64,000 nt of DNA from Thecamonas trahens ATCC 50062 (lineage: Eukaryota; Protista; Apusomonadida), in contig NW_013657664.1 in the NCBI RefSeq assembly GCF_000142905.1, forward strand, positions 209,873 to 273,872, in the 5' to 3' direction. The notes beneath the pieces are model-generated. The model had not been told where the DNA came from. It searched no databases and saw nothing but the letters and a program-made list of their open reading frames with translations. The translations under genes and the position numbers were made by a program. Each line of letters opens with the position of its first letter. Within the stretch, counting starts at the first letter, position 1. Shown here piece by piece: positions 45,011-54,507 of the stretch.

Positions 45011-46969
45011 AACATACACGTCATGCACTCACTCGCACGCACGCCTTTGCTTGCTCCTAGGGTCGTGGTCGCTGGCGCAGCCGTCCACCGGGCATGCTTC
45101 CGCTGCTCGCGGTGCATGGGCAGTCTCAATCTGCGCAACTTTGGCTTGCGATCGAGCGGGGGCTCACTACAGCTGGCTTGCACTGATCACAAGGCAGAGT
45201 TGGAGGCAGAGGTAAAGGCCGCAGATGGCCAGGCGCCAAAGGCAACAGCATCTGCTCCACCGTCGTCGTCGTCAACAGCAGCGGCGGCGGCAACGACGGA
45301 AGCGACATCATCAGCATCCGGGTCGGCTGCTGCACCACCGCCCAACCCGAAGCCCGAGGCATCCAAACCGCCGCCAAACCCAAAGCCAGGTGCGTCCTCG
45401 CGGGTGGCGGCGGCAAAGCGGGAAACGTGGGGGAACAATGCAGCTAGGAAGACATCGTCGTACCACCAGATGGCTGCGCAGAGCTCGAGCCGCAGCAGCG
45501 GTTTTCGTTCGCAAGCACGCAGACCAACTACTATAGTAGCCAAGTCCAAGGTTGGGAGCTACATTCCGCCTGCACGAACGAGTATGCGCTCGTTTTCGAT
45601 GGGTACGGCGTTGCGACCGGGAGCGAGCTCCGCCGCTACCGCCATGGCTGCCGAGCCGGCGATGGCCAATGGCCTGACAGTAAGCGAGGCTGCGGAAAAG
45701 GAGCCGAGCAGCGGGCCGATGGGCCTCTCGCTCGCCAAGCAGTATGACCACTTTGTTGAGAGCTGGGGACCTGTTGCTGTGGCCAAGTGGGAGGCCATGG
45801 CCGGAAAGGAGCGCAACCGGCAAATCTCCATCTACGAGCTTGTGCGGACCGAGCTCGGGTACGTGCGCGACCTGCAGGCCATCATTGACGGCGGCTACAA
45901 TCCGCTGTCACTGGGCGAGCTGATGAGTGACGACGAGCTCTCTGCAGTCTTTTCCAACGTCACCGTGCTCTACGTCATGCATGCTAAGTTTGCCTCGTCA
46001 CTGGAGACCGAGGTGTACAAGGCCTCTCCGTTTGCATCTGGCGTCGGAGCGCTGCTCGCTGACTTTGCGCCCAACATCCTGGTGTACTCTATCTATGCCA
46101 ACGACTACCCGTCGGGATCGGCGCTGTTCGCGTCGGTTGTCGCAGAGCGGCCGGGTGTGCGCGAGGCATTGAGTGGTGACGGTGACAGCGATGGGGCTCG
46201 CAGCCTTCAGTCGCAACTTGTCAAGCCGATCCAGCGGATGTGCAAGTACCCGCTGCTCATCCGCGAAATCCGCAAGGCGTCGCGCAGCGCTGAGCTCGCC
46301 GACGAGGCAGCGCTGCTGGACACAGCGTACGAGGCATTTTCGGAGCAGCTGGACCGAGTCAACGCCCACAAGCTCGCGGCCGAGAGGCAGGAGCTGGCAG
46401 TGGCACTGGTGGGTCGAATGACGGCATCAGCGGTGGCGTCGCTCGAGCTGGAACGCCGGCTCGCCGAAAAGCGGTACGTCCATCATGGAGTGCTGGACAA
46501 GATCACGTCTGTGGCCAAGGGCAGCTACCAGACCCGAATGTACGTCCTCTTCAACGACTTGCTCATCTGGTTCAAGGCCAAAGGCAAGGGCGAGCTCGAC
46601 GACGCGTCGACAAGGCTCGAATTTTGCAAGTCGGCGCCGACCCGCAACGTCCTTGTTAACGACGTGCCTGATCGGACCGACGCCCACGCCGAGATGGAGC
46701 ACATGTTCTCGGTTGCTGTCAACGGCAAGGACTACATCCTTCGCGCGCCAAACGCCGAAACCAAGTTCACCTGGCTCCAGCACCTGTTTGAAGCCGCCTC
46801 GGTCCAGGAGGCATCGCAGAAGAAGCGCTCATTTGCCAATCGCAAGGATGAGTGGAAGGTCCGCGATCGCGAGCGCGTCCGCACCGGCGTTTCAGCCGCC
46901 GCTATCATCGAGCTTGAGCGCGGCTTGGAAGGGGCGACTGAGAGTCAGGCCGGCACATCGAAGAAATAG
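44764..46969 (+). CDS. LIM + DH-PH RhoGEF; intron 44820-45060
   Basis: CKVCGK...HRACFRCSRC...CTDH LIM spanning the splice; ELVRTELGYVRDL, VFSNV, LVKPIQRMCKYPLL; PH MYVLFNDLLIW...KFTWL. Confidence 0.9.
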
Positions 46970-47094
46970 AAAGACTCAGCTGTACCATGCAATACGTTAT
47001 CCAGATCCCCCCCCCCCCCTTCCCCGCCTCGCCCCCTCTCGCGCGAGCAGATCGGCCAAGTGGAGCCCAGCCTAGCACTCGACTCGAGCCGGCA

Positions 47095-49552
47095 ATGGAG
47101 GTTGGTGGCGTTGCTGACGTGGTCAACCTCACCAAGCTAGAGGACATTCAGAAGGCACTGGCAGCCACATCACAGCGTGAGCGCGAGCTAGACTCAGAAC
47201 TGGATGCTCTCCTAGCGCAGCAGGGTCAGCTGACCAAGCGCATAGCCCTTGTCCGCAAAGCCGTGTACGCCCGTCCTGCCCCTGGTCCTGCCGGCCCTGA
47301 CTCCTAGCCCCCCCCCGGCCTCCTTCCCATCCCTAGCTAACACTCACTCACACATACACACACACACACGCACACGCACTTGCGCAAACATACTTGTGCA
47401 CCCTCCCCCGTCCTCCTCCCTACCATCTCTTCTCTTGCACACCTGCTGGGGTCCCGGCTACAGGCCCTCGCTCACCACGGCGCAGCGCGAGGCCCGCAAG
47501 GTGGCCGCGCGGGTGGACGACACCTGCACCCTGGCCGAGTCGGTCTCTGGACGGGTCCGCGAGCTCAACACGGCGCTGGAGCGTATCGATGCTACGCTGG
47601 AGAGTGTGACGGAGATCCTCAATCTCAAGTACTGTGTCGAGGGCATTTCAGCAGCCATGGATGCTGCAGACTACGAGCAGGCAGCGACGTACGTGGCCAA
47701 GTACGCCGCCTTTGACGAGGCTGTGCTTGAGCAGACATCGACCGAGGCGCTCGTCGAGGCACAGGCCCGGCTCAAGACCGAGGTTTCGTCGCAGTTTGCG
47801 GCGGCGGTTGAGGCGCTTGATCGTGACGCTGTTCTCCGATTTGGCAAGCTCTTTGCGCCCATCGGACTTCAAGCAGAGGGTGTAGCCGCGTACGCCGGGT
47901 ACCTGTGCAAGGCCATTGAGTTTGAGTTTGACAAGGTGTTTGAAGGTCTGCAGGCAACGCTGGCAGGGAAGGCGCCTACGGACGAGGAGGAGCCGGCCAC
48001 CTTTGTCTCGGTTCTCACCCACCTGTACGATCTCACTGCGTTCTGCATCGAGTCGGAAGAGGCGGTGGTGGCTGACATGTTTGGTGGCGCAAGCGAGGCT
48101 GGGGGCGAGCCAGGAAGCACGCCAAGTGACAGCGACACGCTGCCGTTCCTAGTCATCCTGGGCGCCATCCAGGCCAAGGTCGACGAGCTGGCGTGCAAGG
48201 TGCTCGAGCTGTTCCAGTCGACGCGGTCGCTGACCAAGCTGGCGCGGACAATCTCGTCAGCGTCGATGGCGAGCGGCAAGAGCGGGAAGGGCGGAACAAG
48301 CAGCGCCGGCCTCCCGTCGACCAAGCAGGTTGATCTGCTGCTGTACGAGATGGCAACCATTTCGAACCGGACCGAGATGTTTGACGCCTTTCTTCGCAAG
48401 ACGGCGGCTGGCGCAGTTGGCGAAGGCGACGGGACTGGCGAGGCAGCTGGAAGCGTGGCCTCCGGCCTTGTGCACGTCTCGTCGCTCAACAAAATGGTGC
48501 AAGAGATGATTGCGTCGTACCTCTCGCTGGAGATGTACTTTATGAACGAGTCTGTGGCACGTGCGATTGCCATGGACGAGGTCGCCGACGACTCGCACAC
48601 GTCGTCGATGATCGACGACGTCTTTTACGTGGTCTCCAAGTGCGCACGGCGCTCTGTCTCGACATTTTCGACCAACTCCGTGTGTGCCATGGTCAACAAT
48701 ATCAACTTTGTGCTCTCCGAGTCACTCGTTCCGCTCCTTCAGTCGCAGATCGAGGCGACGGGAGCGTCGCTAACGGCTGCGCTTGAGGCGGCAGGCAAGG
48801 GCAAGGGCAAGGGCGGCAAGGACGCGAGTGAGACGGTGCAGCTCAACTGCGCGGTTGTACTCAACAACCTTGATCAGGGAGCCAAGTACATTCCGCAGCT
48901 GCGAACGTCGATCGAGGCTGACGTGGCGGACCTCAAGTTTGCGGCGGCAGACAAGGCGAAGATCGAGATGTGCCTGACAGACCTCTCGGACTCTGTGGCG
49001 CTTTTCGAGTCTGTGCTCAAGGAGGCCCTGGACAACGTGTCTTCGTCGCTGCAGCCGCGACTCAAGCCTCTCACTTCTGCGCTGCTGGACATTCCGTATG
49101 AGCTGAGCGAGGCGCAGTTTGCAGCCAACGAGCGGACAGACCCGTTTGTCTCGTCACTTATTTCGGGGCTGTCTGGGGTTGTGGCGCCGTTCAAGGCTGC
49201 GCTGTCTGCGGCCAACTACGATGCGTTCATCGCATCGGTGATGGTGTATGTGGCCCGGCGGCTCGAGTCGGACGTGCGGCGCAAGCGGTTCAATCAGCTT
49301 GGGGCGCTGCAGTTTGACAAGGACGTCCGGGCGCTCATTGCCTTTTTCTCGTCGCTCACTTCACGGCCGGTCCGCGACAAGTTTGCGCGGCTGACGCAGA
49401 TCGCCACGCTGCTCAATGTTGAAGCCGTTGGCGAGGTGATGGAGTACTGGGGCACGCTCAACTGGGCGCTCAAGCCGGCCGAGGTCAAGCGCATCCTGCG
49501 GCTGCGCGTAGAGTTTTCGACCAACGATGTCAACGGGCTCAAACTCGAGTAA
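47095..49552 (+). CDS. COG4: Conserved oligomeric Golgi complex subunit 4; intron 47265-47463
   Basis: LAESVSGRVREL, DYEQAA, TSSMIDDVFYV, FNQLGALQFDKDVRAL, VRDKFARLTQIATLLN, EVKRIL.LRVEF. Confidence 0.93.
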
Positions 49553-49570
49553 GCATGCGGCCGAAATGGC

Positions 49571-51193
49571 CTATCTTGTGCGGAAGCGGAAGCCAAAGGC
49601 CGGTGCTGCTGACGTCTGCTTGGGCCGGCGAGAGGAGGAGGCACCAGAGCGACGCGACTTGCGCTTTGGCTGCGTCTGCGGCTGCGAAGGCTCGGGCGCG
49701 GCGGGCGTCGGCGGAGGAGCACTGGTTGCCTGCAGCGAGACATCGGTGGCGCCGGGGACCAACGGCTGGCCGTCGGGGGTAAAGAGAGAGGCAAGGCCGT
49801 CAAACGAGGCGCGGCCGTCGGGCGCGACCAGGTTGAGCGGGAGGGCGGCGCCGGCAGGGAGCGTTGACGAGCCACCAGCCGATGAGCCTGACCATGAGAA
49901 GAGCGACGAGGCCGAAGATGAGACCGAGCTTCCCGATGAGACCGAGACGTTGTCAAGGATAGTCGCCGCTGCCGCCGCTGAGTACTGGGCAGTGGAAAGG
50001 CCCGAGAGCTCGACCGAGAGGCCGGTTACCATGTGGACGAGCAAGTTCTCCCACTTTGCGACTCGGAGCGAGAACAGGTACTGGGTGCGGAGGAGGGCGT
50101 GGTCTGTGGGAAGCGCGCCGGGCTGAAGCGACTCGGGCCGCAGAGCTCCGAGGAGGCGAACAACCTCGAGGGCGCGCTGCTTCTGCAGCGCCTCGAGGGT
50201 GGCACGGTGCTCCGAGCCCTCGACGTGGACCCCGACAGCTTCGAGATCAGCCTCGAGCTTGGCGTAAAAGTCCTTGATGGTGTCGCGGAGGCGCTTGGCC
50301 CGCTTCTTGCGAAGGCGGCGAACCTTGGCCTCGGGCTCGTTGATAGCGAGATGGTTGCGAGCGCGCGCAGAGGGCGAGGGCGAGGGCGAAGCTGATGCCG
50401 CAGCCGCACCGGACGTGATCTTTGCCGCACGGCGGTCGGCATGCTCGTACATGACGGCGAGCAGCTGGTTGACAGCGAGCTCGACCGAGTTGTACGAGCC
50501 TGGGACGGCGGCGGTGGCCGCCCATCCGTAGTATCCGCCGTCCATGACGTACGCGTTGAGCACGTCCTGGTCAACAAGCGCAGCGGGGCAGTCGGTCTTG
50601 TTTGCGACAAGCATGATGCGTGGCGGGTCGGCCAGCGAGGCAAAGGCAGCCTCGACAACAAGGCGCCAGCGGTCGACAGCCAGGAGTGAATCGGGATCAT
50701 CAGCAGCAAAGACCACGAGCACGCCATCAGCGGCGTCGAGGAGCCGGGCCAGGACCGAAGGCGGTGCGGCGAGAGCGGCGGCCGGCACATCCAGCAAGCG
50801 GAGGACAAGTGAGGCGCCGACAATGTCGCCCAGTAGTGAATCTTGAACAAGAACTGCGCGGCAGCCAATGCCCAGCGCAGCCTCGTCGTCGGAGAGCAGA
50901 GCATGGGCCTCCTCCAGCTTGCGGGCGTTCGAGCCAAAGCCTGGCGAAGCAGCTGCGTCATCGGCGGCGGCCAGCCCGTACGGGGCAGCGGTGCCTTCAC
51001 CAGATGCAAGCGGAGGAGAAGTAGGGAGAGACGACGATGACAATGCTGGAGCCGAGGCCCGAGTATGTGGGTGGCTGCTGGGTATAGAGGCAGTGACGTG
51101 AGGCGGAGCTGACGACGGAGGGTAGGCCCAGACCAACGAGGAGACGCCCACGCCCGGGCCGCCTACCACCAGCAGCGAGAGCGCCACCGTGGC
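49571..51193 (-). CDS. Degenerate Rab-like GTPase-fold protein with C-terminal helical extension; start unresolved
   Basis: LLVVGGPGVGVSSL (G1-like), LRLLDVPA (G3-like), ADGVLVVF, MLVANKTD (G4), GWAATAA (G5-like). Confidence 0.6.
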   Translation of the reverse strand, partial: ATVALSLLVVGGPGVGVSSLVWAYPPSSAPPHVTASIPSSHPHTRASAPALSSSSLPTSPPLASGEGTAAPYGLAAADDAAASPGFGSNARKLEEAHALLSDDEAALGIGCRAVLVQDSLLGDIVGASLVLRLLDVPAAALAAPPSVLARLLDAADGVLVVFAADDPDSLLAVDRWRLVVEAAFASLADPPRIMLVANKTDCPAALVDQDVLNAYVMDGGYYGWAATAAVPGSYNSVELAVNQLLAVMYEHADRRAAKITSGAAAASASPSPSPSARARNHLAINEPEAKVRRLRKKRAKRLRDTIKDFYAKLEADLEAVGVHVEGSEHRATLEALQKQRALEVVRLLGALRPESLQPGALPTDHALLRTQYLFSLRVAKWENLLVHMVTGLSVELSGLSTAQYSAAAAATILDNVSVSSGSSVSSSASSLFSWSGSSAGGSSTLPAGAALPLNLVAPDGRASFDGLASLFTPDGQPLVPGATDVSLQATSAPPPTPAAPEPSQPQTQPKRKSRRSGASSSRRPKQTSAAPAFGFRFRTR

Positions 51194-51434
51194 TTGCCGG
51201 GTACGGCGTGTGCGACGGTGTACATGGGAGTGGGGAGTGGGGGGGGGGGGGGAGGGGGGAGTAGGGGTGGGCGGAAGGGAGGGGGGAGGGGGGGAGAGGG
51301 GGGTTGGGTGAAGTGGCATAGGGGGGGCGACAGGGGTTGGGTTGGGGCAGACGTGGAGGGGGGGGGGGGGGCAATGATGGCAATGATGACGATGATTTTG
51401 TTCAAACGAGGGTGGAAGGGGAGGAAGGGCATGT

Positions 51435-52743
51435 CTAGACAGTAGCCTTCTTCTTCTTCTTGCCGAAGAGACCTCCCTTCTTCTTCTCCTTCTTGGCAGC
51501 CTTGCCAGGCTTGCCGCCGCCAGGCTCACCATCGACCTGGTCCTCACAACACTGCATGCACTTGGCGGGGCACTTGAAGCAGCAGCAGCCAGGAATCCAG
51601 GCGCAGCGCAGGCCGCAGCCGCAACCACACGGGTGGGCCTCCTCCCACTTGGCCAGCTCATCGTCCTCGAGCTGGGCATCGAGATTGGAGCAGGTGCCGA
51701 CGGGGTTGTGCGGGAAGCAGGGGGCAACGCGGACGGCGCGGGCCTTGCGCGATTTCTCCGAGTCAAAGTGCGGCGGCGGCTGCGGCTCGTAGGGACGGAA
51801 GCAGCAGCAGCCGTTGCAGGCAGCCTTCTCGTCGCAGCAGCAGCGCTTGTGCGAGGTCGACCGCCACCAGTATTTGCCACGGATGCACCACCAGACAAGA
51901 ATAAAGACAAAGAGGAGGACGACAGCAGCGACACCAGCAATGATGCCGGCAAAGGCCTTGGCCTTGGCCACCTTACACTGCGACTGCGGACCGGTGGTCC
52001 ACTGAGTTCCGCCCGGGCAGAGGAAGGCCGAGTTGAACGGGCCAGCGGTCGTACCACCGACACAGGGAGCGCCACCACCCGACGATCCGCAGAAACCACA
52101 GCCAGGCGCCTCTGCGCACTGGCACGACTGGGCGGCGTTGCCCGCGCATCCCGCAGCCGCCGAGCACTGCGAGTCGATGTTACCCGAGCCCGAAAAGTAC
52201 CATGTGCTTGGCGTGGCGCACGTCGAGCCGTTGGGTCCCGAGGAAGAGCCCACGCGGCACCCACCGTTAGCCGCTCCGCCATTAGAACCAGCTACGTGAG
52301 GGGTGAGGGGTGGAGGGAGTGAGTAGGAGGGGGGGGGGGAGGTCAAGGGGGATGGGGGGGGAGCGGGGCTTGGGTTCCGTAACGGCGCCAAAAGGGAATG
52401 ATGGCGGGGCGTTCNNNNNNNNNNNNNNNNNNNNNNNNNNNNNNNNNNNNNNNNNNNNNNNNNNNNNNNNNNNNNNNNNNNNNNNNNNNNNNNNNNNNNN
52501 NNNNNNNNNNNNNNNNNNNNNNNNNNNNNNNNNNNNNNNNNNNNNNNNNNNNNNNNNNNNNNNNNNNTTGGAATGTGGAAGGCGAGAAAGAGAGGGAGCG
52601 GGGAAGGGGAAGAGGGAGGGGAGGAGCATACCGCAGAAGCCACAGTTTGTGGTGGAGATGCATGCACAGATATCGTTTGTGGAGGGGCACTGCGCGAGTG
52701 CCACACTCAGCAGAACAGCCAGAAACAGGAAGGTCTTGATCAT
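51435..52743 (-). CDS. Type I membrane protein: signal peptide, two PSI-like Cys domains, TM helix, Cys-rich basic cytoplasmic tail; exons 52743-52632 and 52291-51435
   Basis: MIKTFLFLAVLLSVALA; C..C.....CGFC...C..G...GP twice; TM AFAGIIAGVAAVVLLFVFILVWWCI; GTATGC...TAG intron containing an N gap. Confidence 0.75.
52415..52567. other. Assembly gap (N run) inside an intron
   Basis: Run of n. Confidence 0.99.
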
Positions 52744-53087
52744 GGTGGACGAGTGTGTGATCGATCGATTTTGGTTGGTCGGGGTGGGGGGGGGGGGGGG
52801 GGCAGGGACGGGAGGGGACGGGGGAGGGGGGGGTAGGGGGGTAGAAGGTATAAAAGGGAAAGGGGGGATCAAAGGTCGGTGTGACGGTAGGGGAGAAGGA
52901 CTGGAGGGGATGGGGGGGGGAGGGGGGGACGTCTGAGAAGCACCCCCCTTCTCCCCCTCCATTCTTCCTCCATTCCCCCTCTCCCCGACACGATGCATGA
53001 CACGGACGACAGGGGTTAGTGGCGGCTACGTCGCAGTAGTAGACACAGTCGCAGTGGCGCACAAGTCACTCTCTTCTTTGAAGCACT

Positions 53088-53921
53088 ATGAACCCGTACT
53101 TTTACCACGGTGCGTGGCCTCCGCAGCATCCGTCGGCAGGAGGACACGGCGCCATGCCCATGCCCTCGGTCCTCGGTCTGCCGCCCATGCCCCCGGTCTT
53201 CGGTATGGCGCACAGCCATCCCAGCCTCGCCTCGCATGCAGCTGGCTCGTCCAACGCCGTCACCCCGCTCCATCACATGTACTACCACGGCCCATGCCAG
53301 GCCTTGATGGCATCGTCGTCGAAGCAGACTGTTCCCGCCGCGGGCGAGCCGCCGCTGGTCGACGCCGAAGGCAACGTCGATAAGGTGGCCAAGGCCAAGG
53401 TGGTGTCGATGATCAAGGCCGTGCCGGACTTTCCCAAGCCAGGCATCGTCTTCCGTGACATCACCACGCTTGTCGAGCATCCAGAGGGCCTCGATCTGAC
53501 CACCGACATCATTGCGGCATACTACGCCGCTCGCGGGGCGCAGCTCGACGCTGTCGTCGGCTGCGAGGCTCGTGGCTTCATCTGGGGTGCCACCCTCGCC
53601 CGCCAACTCGGCGTTGGTCTCATTGTGCTTCGCAAGAAGGGCAAGCTTCCGCGCGAGACCATCTCTCGCGACTACTCGCTCGAGTATGGCTCGGCCTCGC
53701 TCGAATGCCACGTCGACTCGATCACGCCCGGCATGCGCGTCGTCCTCGTCGACGATCTCCTCGCCACCGGCGGCACCATGGCCGCCTCTGTTGCCCTCGT
53801 CAGGGAGCTTGGCGCTGACGTTGTCGGCACTGCTTTTATCTCCGATTTGCCCGCCCTCGGCGGGCGGGCCAAGCTTGAGGGCGACGGCATCGACGTTTTC
53901 TCCATCGTGGCCTTTGATTGA
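53088..53921 (+). CDS. APRT: Adenine phosphoribosyltransferase; start at 53088 or 53307
   Basis: PDFPKPGIVFRDIT, EARGF, LRKKGKLP, YSLEYG, VLVDDLLATGGT. Confidence 0.95.
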   Translation: MNPYFYHGAWPPQHPSAGGHGAMPMPSVLGLPPMPPVFGMAHSHPSLASHAAGSSNAVTPLHHMYYHGPCQALMASSSKQTVPAAGEPPLVDAEGNVDKVAKAKVVSMIKAVPDFPKPGIVFRDITTLVEHPEGLDLTTDIIAAYYAARGAQLDAVVGCEARGFIWGATLARQLGVGLIVLRKKGKLPRETISRDYSLEYGSASLECHVDSITPGMRVVLVDDLLATGGTMAASVALVRELGADVVGTAFISDLPALGGRAKLEGDGIDVFSIVAFD

Positions 53922-54450
53922 GTTGCAATAGATCATATAGTTTGCAGTGTGTGTCCGAAACATGAACATAGCCTGACACTAGGTGATGAGCAAGAGGTGA
54001 TTGGGCTTTACATCCTGAGAGTGTGTGTTTTTGTCACAGAAACGAAAAGACTAATGTAGATCTTGTGATCATCGACTGCAAACCACAGCCACGCAAGCCT
54101 CGTGACACTCTCGGCTTTGGCACTCAATCCAGGACCCACCATAGGCTCTCACCTACTCTTTATGAAGCCTTGCCATGTATGCTGTCTATCCTAGCCATAG
54201 GCATGTGCGATAATGAGTTGTACGTGTGTGTTGGAGAGAGAGGGGGAGAGGGTGGGTGTTTACCCCGGTGACACCCGTTTGACAGCGGCAACATTTTTAT
54301 GGCAGAAGACGCGGCAAGCGGGAGGAGCGGAGGAGGTTGGGGGGCGGGGGCGGGGGGGGGGGGGGCAGTCAGGGAGGAACTAGACAGCAGCACCGCCACC
54401 GGCACCGACACCAGCATCGCCAAGGGGCACGTCTCTCCGTCCTAGACGCC

Positions 54451-54470
54451 ATGAGGTATGTAATGCATGC

Positions 54471-54507
<37 letters not shown>

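Noticed and set aside
51194-52282. N-terminal part of the 903-aa ORF 49571-52282
   Set aside because: It is an alternative frame of the PSI-TM gene plus a C-tract spacer, not part of the GTPase-like protein.
53976-54024. C/D snoRNA-like element (ACACT stem, GTGATGA, CTGA, AGTGT)
   Set aside because: It is only about 49 nt with no recognisable rRNA guide, and the short motifs can arise by chance. A snoscan or small-RNA-seq hit would be needed.
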